DNA of 64,000 bases from NCBI GenBank assembly GCA_964016885.1, contig OZ024764.1, forward strand, positions 21,514,001-21,578,000, read 5' to 3'. The position numbers and the translations under genes were made by a program. The notes beneath the pieces were generated by a model. The model saw only the letters and a list, made by a program, of their open reading frames with translations. It did no database searches and was not told the origin of the DNA. This document shows, piece by piece, positions 45,001 to 58,114 of this stretch (position 1 is its first letter; each line of letters opens with the position of its first letter). This DNA comes from Eledone cirrhosa (taxonomy: Eukaryota).

Positions 45001-48000
45001 ATGTCACTAATAACTAGTTTTATCAGTCAGTTTAATCTAATGTCACTAATAACTAGTTTTATCAGTCAGTTTAATCTAATGTCACTAATAACTACTCTTA
45101 TCAGTCAGTTTAATCTAATGTAACAACTACTTTTATCAGTCAGTTTGATCTAATGTCACTAATAACTACTTTTATCAGTCAGTATAATCTAATGTCACTA
45201 ATAACTACTTTTATCAGTCAGTATAATCTAATGTCACTAATAACTACTTTTATCAGTCAGTATAATCTAATGTCACTAATAACTACTTTTATCAGTCAGT
45301 TTAATCTAATGTAATAACTACTTTTATCAGTCAGTTTAATCTAATGTCACTAATAACTACTTTTATCAGTCAGTTTAATCTAATGTCACTAATAACTACT
45401 CTTATCAGTCAGTTTAATCTACTGCCACTAATAACTACTTTTATCAGTCAGTATAATCTAATGTCACTAATAACTACTTTTATCAGTCAGTTTAATCTAC
45501 TGCCACTAATAACTACTTTTATCAGTCAGTTTAATCTAATGTCACTAATAACTACTTTTATCAGTCAGTTTAATCTAATGTCACTAATAACTACTTTTAT
45601 CAGTCAGTTTAATCTACTGCCACTAATAACTACTTTTATCAGTCAGTTTAATCTAATGTCACTAATAACTAGTTTTATCAGTCAGTTTAATCTAATGTCA
45701 CTAATAACTAGTTTTATCAGTCAGTTTAATCTAATGTCACTAATAACTACTCTTATCAGTCAGTTTAATCTAATGTAACAACTACTTTTATCAGTCAGTT
45801 TAATCTAATGTCACTAATAACTACTTTTATCAGTCAGTATAATCTAATGTCACTAATAACTACTTTTATCAGTCAGTATAATCTAATGTAATAACTACTT
45901 TTATCAGTCAGTTTAATCTAATGTCACTAATAACTACTTTTATCAGTCAGTTTAATCTAATGTAATAACTACTTTTATCAGTCAGTATAATCTAATGTCA
46001 CTAATAACTACTTTTATCAGTCAGTTTAATCTAATGTAATAACTACTTTTATCAGTCAGTTTAATCTAATGTCACTAATAACTACTTTTATCAGTCAGTT
46101 TAATCTAATGTCACTAATAACTACTCTTATCAGTCAGTTTAATCTACTGCCACTAATAACTACTTTTATCAGTCAGTTTAATCTAATGTCACTAATAACT
46201 ACTTTTATCAGTCAGTTTAATCTAATGTCACTAATAACTACTTTTATCAGTCAGTTTAATCTACTGCCACTAATAACTACTTTTATCAGTCAGTTTAATC
46301 TAATGTCACTAATAACTAGTTTTATCAGTCAGTTTAATCTAATGTCACTAATAACTAGTTTTATCAGTCAGTTTAATCTAATGTCACTAATAACTACTCT
46401 TATCAGTCAGTTTAATCTAATGTAACAACTACTTTTATCAGTCAGTTTAATCTAATGTCACTAATAACTACTTTTATCAGTCAGTATAATCTAATGTCAC
46501 TAATAACTACTTTTATCAGTCAGTATAATCTAATGTCACTAATAACTACTTTTATCAGTCAGTATAATCTAATGTCACTAATAACTACTTTTATCAGTCA
46601 GTTTAATCTAATGTAATAACTACTTTTATCAGTCAGTTTAATCTAATGTCACTAATAACTACTTTTATCAGTCAGTTTAATCTAATGTCACTAATAACTA
46701 CTCTTATCAGTCAGTTTAATCTAATGTAACAACTACTTTTATCAGTCAGTTTAATCTAATGTCACTAATAACTACTTTTATCAGTCAGTATAATCTAATG
46801 TCACTAATAACTACTTTTATCAGTCAGTATAATCTAATGTCACTAATAACTACTTTTATCAGTCAGTATAATCTAATGTCACTAATAACTACTTTTATCA
46901 GTCAGTATAATCTAATGTCACTAATAACTACTTTTATCAGTCAGTTTAATCTAATGTCACTAATAACTACTTTTATCAGTCAGTTTAATCTAATGTAATA
47001 ACTACTTTTATCAGTCAGTATAATCTAATGTCACTAATAACTACTTTTATCAGTCAGTATAATCTAATGTCACTAATAACTACTTTTATCAGTCAGTTTA
47101 ATCTACTGCCACTAATAACTACTTTTATCAGTCAGTTTAATCTAATGTCACTAATAACTACTTTTATCAGTCAGTTTAATCTAATGTCACTAATAACTAC
47201 TTTTATCAGTCAGTTTAATCTACTGCCACTAATAACTACTTTTATCAGTCAGTTTAATCTAATGTCACTAATAACTAGTTTTATCAGTCAGTTTAATCTA
47301 ATGTCACTAATAACTACTTTTATCAGTCAGTTTAATCTAATGTAATAACTACTTTTATCAGTCAGTATAATCTAATGTCACTAATAACTACTTTTGTCAG
47401 TCAGTTTAATCTAATGTCACTAATAACTACTTTTATCAGTCAGTTTAATCTAATGTCACTAATAACTACTTTTATCAGTCAGTTTAATCTAATGTCACTA
47501 ATAACTACTTTTATCAGTCAGTTTAATCTAATGTCACTAATAACTACTTTTATCAGTCATTTTAATCTAATGTCACTAATAACTACGTTTATCAGTCAGT
47601 TTAATCTAATGTCACTAATAACTACTTTTATCAGTCAGTTCAATCTAATGTCACTAATAACTACTTTTATCAGTCAGTTCAATCTAATGTCACTAATAAC
47701 TACTTTTATCAGTCAGTATAATCTAATGTCACTAATAACTACTTTTATCAGTCAGTTTAATCTAATGTAATAACTACTTTTATCAGTCAGTTTAATCTAA
47801 TGTCACTAATAACTACTTTTATCAGTCAGTTTAATCTAATGTCACTAATAACTACTTTTATCAGTCAGTTTAATCTAATGTCACTAATAACTACTTTTAT
47901 CAGTCAGTTTAATCTAATGTCACTAATAACTACTTTTATCAGTCAGTTTAATCTAATGTCACTAATAACTACTTTTATCAGTCAGTTTAATCTAATGTCA

Positions 48001-51000
48001 CCAATAACTACTTTTATCAGTCAGTTTAATCTAATGTCACTAATAACTACTTTTATCAGTCAGTTCAATCTAATGTCACTAATAACTACTTTTATCAGTC
48101 AGTATAATCTAATGTCACTAATAACTACTTTTATCAGTCAGTTTAATCTAATGTAATAACTACTTTTATCAGTCAGTTTAATCTAATGTCACTAATAACT
48201 ACTTTTATCAGTCAGTTTAATCTAATGTCACTAATAACTACTTTTATCAGTCAGTATAATCTAATGTCACTAATAACTACTTTTATCAGTCAGTTTAATC
48301 TAATGTAATAACTACTTTTATCAGTCAGTTTAATCTAATGTCACTAATAACTACTTTTATCAGTCAGTTCAATCTAATGTCACTAATAACTACTTTTATC
48401 AGTCAGTATAATCTAATGTCACTAATAACTACTTTTATCAGTCAGTTTAATCTAATGTAATAACTACTTTTATCAGTCAGTTTAATCTAATGTCACTAAT
48501 AACTACTTTTATCAGTCAGTTTAATCTAATGTCACTAATAACTACTCTTATCAGTCAGTTTAATCTAATGTAACAACTACTTTTATCAGTCAGTTTAATC
48601 TAATGTCACTAATAACTACTTTTATCGGTCAGTATAATCTAATGTCACTAATAACTACTTTTATCAGTCAGTATAATCTAATGTCACTAATAACTACTTT
48701 TATCAGTCAGTATAATCTAATGTCACTAATAACTACTTTTATCAGTCAGTATAATCTAATGTCACTAATAACTACGTTTATCAGTCAGTTTAATCTAATG
48801 TCACTAATAACTACTTTTATCAGTCAGTTCAATCTAATGTCACTAATAACTACTTTTATCAGTCAGTTCAATCTAATGTCACTAATAACTACTTTTATCA
48901 GTCAGTATAATCTAATGTCACTAATAACTACTTTTATCAGTCAGTTTAATCTAATGTAATAACTACTTTTATCAGTCAGTTTAATCTAATGTCACTAATA
49001 ACTACGTTTATCAGTCAGTTTAATCTAATGTCACTAATAACTACTTTTATCAGTCAGTTCAATCTAATGTCACTAATAACTACTTTTATCAGTCAGTTCA
49101 ATCTAATGTCACTAATAACTACTTTTATCAGTCAGTATAATCTAATGTCACTAATAACTACTTTTATCAGTCAGTTTAATCTAATGTAATAACTACTTTT
49201 ATCAGTCAGTTTAATCTAATGTCACTAATAACTACTTTTATCAGTCAGTTTAATCTAATGTCACTAATAACTACTTTTATCAGTCAGTTTAATCTAATGT
49301 CACTAATAACTACTTTTATCAGTCAGTTTAATCTAATGTCACTAATAACTACTTTTATCAGTCAGTTTAATCTAATGTCACTAATAACTACTTTTATCAG
49401 TCAGTTTAATCTAATGTCACCAATAACTACTTTTATCAGTCAGTTTAATCTAATGTCACTAATAACTACTTTTATCAGTCAGTTCAATCTAATGTCACTA
49501 ATAACTACTTTTATCAGTCAGTATAATCTAATGTCACTAATAACTACTTTTATCAGTCAGTTTAATCTAATGTAATAACTACTTTTATCAGTCAGTTTAA
49601 TCTAATGTCACTAATAACTACTTTTATCAGTCAGTTTAATCTAATGTCACTAATAACTACTTTTATCAGTCAGTATAATCTAATGTCACTAATAACTACT
49701 TTTATCAGTCAGTTTAATCTAATGTAATAACTACTTTTATCAGTCAGTTTAATCTAATGTCACTAATAACTACTTTTATCAGTCAGTTCAATCTAATGTC
49801 ACTAATAACTACTTTTATCAGTCAGTATAATCTAATGTCACTAATAACTACTTTTATCAGTCAGTTTAATCTAATGTAATAACTACTTTTATCAGTCAGT
49901 TTAATCTAATGTCACTAATAACTACTTTTATCAGTCAGTTTAATCTAATGTCACTAATAACTACTCTTATCAGTCAGTTTAATCTAATGTAACAACTACT
50001 TTTATCAGTCAGTTTAATCTAATGTCACTAATAACTACTTTTATCAGTCAGTATAATCTAATGTCACTAATAACTACTTTTATCAGTCAGTATAATCTAA
50101 TGTCACTAATAACTACTTTTATCAGTCAGTATAATCTAATGTCACTAATAACTACTTTTATCAGTCAGTTTAATCTAATGTCACTAATAACTACTTTTAT
50201 CAGTCAGTTTAATCTAATGTCACTAATAACTACTTTTATCAGTCAGTTTAATCTAATGTAATAACTACTTTTATCAGTCAGTATAATCTAATGTCACTAA
50301 TAACTACTTTTATCAGTCAGTATAATCTAATGTCACTAATAACTACTTTTATCAGTCAGTTTAATCTACTGCCACTAATAACTACTTTTATCAGTCAGTT
50401 TAATCTAATGTCACTAATAACTACTTTTATCAGTCAGTTTAATCTAATGTCACTAATAACTACTTTTATCAGTCAGTTTAATCTAATGTAATAACTACTT
50501 TTATCAGTCAGTATAATCTAATGTCACTAATAACTACTTTTATCAGTCAGTTTAATCTAATGTCACTAATAACTACTTTTATCAGTCAGTTTAATCTAAT
50601 GTCACTAATAACTACTTTTATCAGTCAGTTTAATCTAATGTCACTAATAACTACTTTTATCAGTCAGTATAATCTAATGTCACTAATAACTACTTTTATC
50701 AGTCAGTTTAATCTAATGTCACTAATAACTACTTTTATCAGTCAGTTTAATCTAATGTCACTAATAACTACTTTTATCAGTCATTTTAATCTAATGTCAC
50801 TAATAACTACGTTTATCAGTCAGTTTAATCTAATGTCACTAATAACTACTTTTATCAGTCAGTTCAATCTAATGTCACTAATAACTACTTTTATCAGTCA
50901 GTTCAATCTAATGTCACTAATAACTACTTTTATCAGTCAGTATAATCTAATGTCACTAATAACTACTTTTATCAGTCAGTTTAATCTAATGTAATAACTA

Positions 51001-54000
51001 CTTTTATCAGTCAGTTTAATCTAATGTCACTAATAACTACTTTTATCAGTCAGTTTAATCTAATGTCACTAATAACTACTTTTATCAGTCAGTTTAATCT
51101 AATGTCACTAATAACTACTTTTATCAGTCAGTTTAATCTAATGTCACTAATAACTACTTTTATCAGTCAGTTTAATCTAATGTCACTAATAACTACTTTT
51201 ATCAGGCAGTTTAATCTAATGTCACCAATAACTACTTTTATCAGTCAGTTTAATCTAATGTCACTAATAACTACTTTTATCAGTCAGTTCAATCTAATGT
51301 CACTAATAACTACTTTTATCAGTCAGTATAATCTAATGTCACTAATAACTACTTTTATCAGTCAGTTTAATCTAATGTAATAACTACTTTTATCAGTCAG
51401 TTTAATCTAATGTCACTAATAACTACTTTTATCAGTCAGTTTAATCTAATGTCACTAATAACTACTTTTATCAGTCAGTATAATCTAATGTCACTAATAA
51501 CTACTTTTATCAGTCAGTTTAATCTAATGTAATAACTACTTTTATCAGTCAGTTTAATCTAATGTCACTAATAACTACTTTTATCAGTCAGTTCAATCTA
51601 ATGTCACTAATAACTACTTTTATCAGTCAGTATAATCTAATGTCACTAATAACTACTTTTATCAGTCAGTTTAATCTAATGTAATAACTACTTTTATCAG
51701 TCAGTTTAATCTAATGTCACTAATAACTACTTTTATCAGTCAGTTTAATCTAATGTCACTAATAACTACTCTTATCAGTCAGTTTAATCTAATGTAACAA
51801 CTACTTTTATCAGTCAGTTTAATCTAATGTCACTAATAACTACTTTTATCGGTCAGTATAATCTAATGTCACTAATAACTACTTTTATCAGTCAGTATAA
51901 TCTAATGTCACTAATAACTACTTTTATCAGTCAGTATAATCTAATGTCACTAATAACTACTTTTATCAGTCAGTATAATCTAATGTCACTAATAACTACG
52001 TTTATCAGTCAGTTTAATCTAATGTCACTAATAACTACTTTTATCAGTCAGTTCAATCTAATGTCACTAATAACTACTTTTATCAGTCAGTTCAATCTAA
52101 TGTCACTAATAACTACTTTTATCAGTCAGTATAATCTAATGTCACTAATAACTACTTTTATCAGTCAGTTTAATCTAATGTAATAACTACTTTTATCAGT
52201 CAGTTTAATCTAATGTCACTAATAACTACTTTTATCAGTCAGTTTAATCTAATGTCACTAATAACTACTTTTATCAGTCAGTTTAATCTAATGTCACTAA
52301 TAACTACTTTTATCAGTCAGTTTAATCTAATGTCACTAATAACTACTTTTATCAGTCAGTTTAATCTAATGTCACTAATAACTACTTTTATCAGTCAGTT
52401 TAATCTAATGTCACCAATAACTACTTTTATCAGTCAGTTTAATCTAATGTCACTAATAACTACTTTTATCAGTCAGTTCAATCTAATGTCACTAATAACT
52501 ACTTTTATCAGTCAGTATAATCTAATGTCACTAATAACTACTTTTATCAGTCAGTTTAATCTAATGTAATAACTACTTTTATCAGTCAGTTTAATCTAAT
52601 GTCACTAATAACTACTTTTATCAGTCAGTTTAATCTAATGTCACTAATAACTACTTTTATCAGTCAGTATAATCTAATGTCACTAATAACTACTTTTATC
52701 AGTCAGTTTAATCTAATGTAATAACTACTTTTATCAGTCAGTTTAATCTAATGTCACTAATAACTACTTTTATCAGTCAGTTCAATCTAATGTCACTAAT
52801 AACTACTTTTATCAGTCAGTATAATCTAATGTCACTAATAACTACTTTTATCAGTCAGTTTAATCTAATGTAATAACTACTTTTATCAGTCAGTTTAATC
52901 TAATGTCACTAATAACTACTTTTATCAGTCAGTTTAATCTAATGTCACTAATAACTACTCTTATCAGTCAGTTTAATCTAATGTAACAACTACTTTTATC
53001 AGTCAGTTTAATCTAATGTCACTAATAACTACTTTTATCGGTCAGTATAATCTAATGTCACTAATAACTACTTTTATCAGTCAGTATAATCTAATGTCAC
53101 TAATAACTACTTTTATCAGTCAGTATAATCTAATGTCACTAATAACTACTTTTATCAGTCAGTATAATCTAATGTCACTAATAACTACTTTTATCAGTCA
53201 GTTTAATCTAATGTCACTAATAACTACTTTTATCAGTCAGTTTAATCTAATGTAATAACTACTTTTATCAGTCAGTATAATCTAATGTCACTAATAACTA
53301 CTTTTATCAGTCAGTATAATCTAATGTCACTAATAACTACTTTTATCAGTCAGTTTAATCTAATGTCACTAATAACTACTTTTATCAGTCAGTTTAATCT
53401 ACTGCCACTAATAACTACTTTTATCAGTCAGTTTAATCTAATGTCACTAATAACTACTTTTATCAGTCAGTTTAATCTAATGTCACTAATAACTACTTTT
53501 ATCAGTCAGTTTAATCTACTGCCACTAATAACTACTTTTATCAGTCAGTTTAATCTAATGTCACTAATAACTAGTTTTATCAGTCAGTTTAATCTAATGT
53601 CACTAATAACTACTTTTATCAGTCAGTTTAATCTACTGCCACTAATAACTACTTTTATCAGTAAGTATAATCTAATGTCACTAATAACTACTTTTATCAG
53701 TCAGTTTAATCTACTGCCACTAATAACTACTTTTATCAGTCAGTATAATCTAATGTCACTAATAACTACTTTTATCAGTCAGTTTAATCTACTGCCACTA
53801 ATAACTACTTTTATCAGTCAGTATAATCTAATGTGACTAATAACTACTTTTATCAGTCAGTATAATCTACTGCCACTAATAACTACTTTTATCAGTCAGT
53901 TTAATCTAATGTCACTAATAACTACTTTTATCGGTCAGTTTAATCTAATGTAATAACTACTTTTATCAGTCAGTTTAATCTAATGTAATAACTACTTTTA

Positions 54001-57000
54001 TCGGTCAGTTTAATCTAATGTAATAACTACTTTTATCAGTCAGTTTAATCTAACGTCACTAATAACTACTTTTATCAGTCAGTTTAATCTAATGTCACTA
54101 ATAACTACTTTTATCAGTCAGTTCAATCTAATGTCACTAATAACTACTTTTATCAGTCAGTATAATCTAATGTCACTAATAACTACTTTTATCAGTCAGT
54201 TTAATCTAATGTAATAACTACTTTTATCAGTCAGTATAATCTAATGTCACTAATAACTACTTTTATCAGTCAGTATAATCTAATGTCACTAATAACTACT
54301 TTTATCAGTCAGTTTAATCTAATGTCACTAATAACTACTTTTATCAGTCAGTTTAATCTAATGTCACTAATAACTACTTTTATCAGTCAGTTTAATCTAA
54401 TGTCACTAATAACTACTTTTATCAGTCAGTTCAATCTAATGTCACTAATAACTACTTTTATCAGTCAGTTTAATCTAATGTCACTAATAACTACTTTTAT
54501 CAGTCAGTTCAATCTAATGTCACTAATAACTACTTTTATCAGTCAGTTTAATCTAATGTAATAACTACTTTTATCAGTCAGTTTAATCTAATGTCACTAA
54601 TAACTACTTTTATCAGTCAGTTCAATCTAATGTCACTAATAACTACTTTTATCAGTCAGTTTAATCTAATGTAATAACTACTTTTATTAGTCAGTTTAAT
54701 CTAATGTCACTAATAACTACTTTTATCAGTCAGTATAATCTAATGTCACTAATAACTACTTTTATCAGTCAGTTTAATCTAATGTCACTAATAACTACTT
54801 TTATCAGTCAGTTTAATCTAATGTCACTAATAACTACTTTTATCAGTCAGTTTAATCTAATGTAATAACTACTTTTATCAGTCAGTTTAATCTAATGTCA
54901 CTAATAAATACTTTTATCAGTCAGTTCAATCTAATGTCACTAATAACTACTTTTATCAGTCAGTATAATCTAATGTCACTAATAACTACTTTTATCAGTC
55001 AGTTTAATCTACTGCCACTAATAACTACTTTTATCAGTCAGTATAATCTAATGTCACTAATAACTACTTTTATCAGTCAGTTTAATCTACTGCCACTAAT
55101 AACTACTTTTATCAGTCAGTTTAATCTAATGTCACTAATAACTACTTGTATCAGTCAGTTTAATCTAATGTAATAACTACTTTTATCAATCAGTTTAATC
55201 TAATGTCACTAATAACTACTTTTATCAGTTAGTTTAATCTAATGTCACTAATAACTACTTTTATCAGTCAGTTTAATCTAATGTAATAACTACTTTTATC
55301 AGTCAGTTTAATCTAATGTAATAACTACTTTTATCAGTCAGTTTAATCTAATGTCACTAATAACTACTTTTATCAGTCAGTTTAATCTAATGTCACTAAT
55401 AACTACTTTTATCAGTCAGTTTAATCTAATGTCACTTATAACTACTTTTATCAGTCAGTTCAATCTAATGTCACTAATAACTACTTTTATCAGTCAGTAT
55501 AATCTAATGTCACTAATAACTACTTTTATCAGTCAGTTTAATCTAATGTAATAACTACTTTTATCAGTCAGTATAATCTAATGTCACTAATAACTACTTT
55601 TATCAGTCAGTTCAATCTAATGTCACTAATAACTGCTTTTATCAGTCAGTTTAATCTAATGTCACTAATAACTACTTTTATCAGTCAGTTTAATCTAATG
55701 TCACTAATAACTACTTTTATCAGTCAGTTTAATCTAATGTAATAACTACTTTTATCAGTCAGTTTAATCTAATGTCACTAATAACTACTTTTATCAGTCA
55801 GTTCAATCTAATGTCACTAATAACTATTTTTATCAGTCAGTATAATCTAATGTCACTAATAACTACTTTTATCAGTCAGTTTAATCTACTGCCACTAATA
55901 ACTACTTTTATCAGTCAGTATAATCTAATGTCACTAATAACTACTTTTATCAGTCAGTTTAATCTACTGCCACTAATAACTACTTTTATCAGTCAGTTTA
56001 ATCTAATGTCACTAATAACTACTTGTATCAGTCAGTTTAATCTAATGTAATAACTACTTTTATCAGTCAGTTTAATCTAATGTCACTAATAACTACTTTT
56101 ATCAGTCAGTTTAATCTAATGTAATAACTACTTTTATTAGTCAGTTTAATCTAATGTAATAACTACTTTTATCAGTCAGTTTAATCTAATGTCACTAATA
56201 ACTACTTTTATCAGTCAGTTTAATCTAATGTCACTAATAACTACTTTTATCAGTCAGTTTAATCTAATGTCACTAATAACTACTTTTATCAGTCAGTTTA
56301 ATCTAATGTAATAACTACTTTTATTAGTCAGTTTAATCTAATGTAATAACTACTTTTATCAGTCAGTTTAATCTAATGTCACTAATAACTACTTTTATCA
56401 GTCAGTTTAATCTAATGTCACTAATAACTACTTTTATCAGTCAGTTTAATCTAATGTCACTAATAACTACTTTTATCAGTCAGTTCAATCTAATGTCACT
56501 AATAACTACTTTTATCAGTCAGTTTAATCTAATGTAATAACTACTTTTATCAGTCAGTTTAATCTAATGTCACTAATAACTACTTTTATCAGTCAGTTTA
56601 ATCTAATGTCACTAATAACTACTTTTATCAGTCAGTTTAATCTAATGTCACTAATAACTACTTTTATCAGTCAGTTCAATCAAATGTCACTAATAACTAC
56701 TTTTATCAGTCAGTTTAATCTAATGTCACTAATAACTACTTTTATCAGTCAGTTCTATCTAGTGTCACTAATAACTACTTTTATCAGTCAGTTTAATCTA
56801 ATGTAATAACTACTTTTATCAGTCAGTTTAATCTAATGTCACTAATAACTACTTTTATCAGTCAGTTCAATCTAATGTCACTAATAACTACTTTTATCAG
56901 TCAGTTTAATCTAATGTAATAACTACTTTTATCAGTCAGTTTAATCTAATGTCACTAATAACTACTTTTATCAGTCAGTTCAATCTAATGTCACTAATAA

Positions 57001-57159
57001 CTACTTTTATCAGTCAGTTTAATCTAATGTCACTAATAACTACTTTTATCAGTCAGTTTAATCTAATGTCACTAATAACTACTTTTATCAGTCAGTTTAA
57101 TCTAATGTCACTAATAACTACTTTTATCAGTCAGTATAATCTACTGCCACTAATAACTA
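1..57159. repeat. Satellite / macro-VNTR array of a 39-bp monomer (at least 57 kb, continues off the left edge)
   Basis: Continuous tandem copies of ATGTCACTAATAACTACTTTTATCAGTCAGT(T/A)TAATCTA in one orientation, with no insertion seen. Recurrent variants: 35 bp (loss of CACT, giving ATGTAATAAC), 32 bp (ATGTAATTACTTTT), 40 bp (GTTTTAAT) and CTACTGCCA. Ends abruptly at ...CCACTAATAACTA|ACCTATG. Confidence 0.99.
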
Positions 57160-57283
57160 ACCTATGTTAGGCAGCACATTCTTCACCAAAGAAGGCCTTA
57201 GTATTTATTACAGTCCATTTATCAATATAGAAATATTATATGAAATTTGTACTGATGTATTACAAGTTTCTGAGTATCTTATA

Positions 57284-57303
57284 ATGTTCTTTTATTATTT
57301 CAG
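57284..57303 (+). promoter_or_regulatory. Putative 3' splice acceptor of the ZNF gene's coding exon / 5' UTR
   Basis: Pyrimidine-rich tract GTTCTTTTATTATTTCAG|AATA. The same motif is retained in the paralogous copy (TGTTTCTCTACTATTTCAG|AATA, ending 61629). No transcript evidence is available. Confidence 0.5.
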
Positions 57304-57698
57304 AATACCAGAGGACATTGGCATTAAAGAGCACGTTACATCAGACATATCCTCAATATTTACCATTTCTAAAATATTACCCATCATTTTCAAATAATTT
57401 TGAAAACACTCAACACTTTGAACGGATTTAATAATATAACTAAAGTTCTCAGTATTAAGCTGCTATTTGGAACATAACTTTGCACAATTTCATGAAGTTA
57501 CAATGGAAAGTTTTTAGATAAATATAAAGACTGGAATGAAAAGGATAAAACACTTTTAAATCAGTTGTTTCATCAACACCATTATTTATAGACTAAAGGA
57601 AGCTGTTATACAGAACAGATACAACCTTGTTTATATAAATCTATGGGAGAAATACTGGGAAATATTTCTCGTAAACTCAATAACACTTCTATTCTTTG

Positions 57699-58016
57699 CT
57701 GTCTGGAATATGTAGAAGATACAAAATAAAGCGGAAGAAATTTACACATGATTTTATGAGATCTTCATATATTGACAAAGTTGATAGTAGATGGAACTAC
57801 AGGAGTAGAAATATTTCCATTATTACAGGAATAACTAATTAAATAAAAACCAGAAAAATTAGATTCTTCACTGTCTGGAATATGTACAAGATGATTTTAT
57901 ATGTATATTAAACTTGAAGAGATCTACAAAACAGTTTGTATCATCTTTAAATGTAAAGAAAGACCAAAGTTGATAGAAATATATCTGGAGGAATATGTTT
58001 TAGGAATAATATTATA
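57699..58016. repeat. Old, degenerate tandem duplication (about 172-bp spacing) in the ZNF leader
   Basis: CTGTCTGGAATATGTA(G/C)AAGAT at 57699 and 57871, each followed by ...CAAAGTTGATAG... and ...AGGAATAA. A related copy starts at 61771. Confidence 0.6.
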
Positions 58017-58114
58017 AACATAAAGAAGAAAAATATCCATATATTAAGAGGAGAAAAATATTAAAACTGAATTATGTGAGAAACTTAGAAGATTGATATT
58101 TTTTAGTGGGAGTT

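Noticed and set aside
1-57159. CRISPR array
   Set aside because: Monomers are directly adjacent with no unique spacers, there are no cas genes, and the context is eukaryotic.
1-57159. Telomeric repeat, or a centromeric / nucleosome-phased regular higher-order repeat
   Set aside because: There is no TTAGGG-type unit. Spacing of 35-mers is irregular, so no fixed 150-200 bp super-period exists. Centromere function cannot be judged from sequence alone.
1-57159. Variant order as an encoded message or programmed diversification
   Set aside because: The order is accounted for by nested tandem duplications and single-monomer slippage.
29-57170. Dozens of (MSLITTFISQFNL)n ORFs as a repetitive protein or peptide family
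   Set aside because: They arise because 39 is a multiple of 3 and one frame lacks stops. The frequent 35-mer creates ATG-TAA and shifts frame, and the 32- and 40-mers also break frame. There is no unique N- or C-terminus and no sign of frame conservation.
57164-57397. 77-aa ORF at the array edge
   Set aside because: No recognisable motif, low-complexity AT-rich codons, and it runs across a probable splice acceptor.
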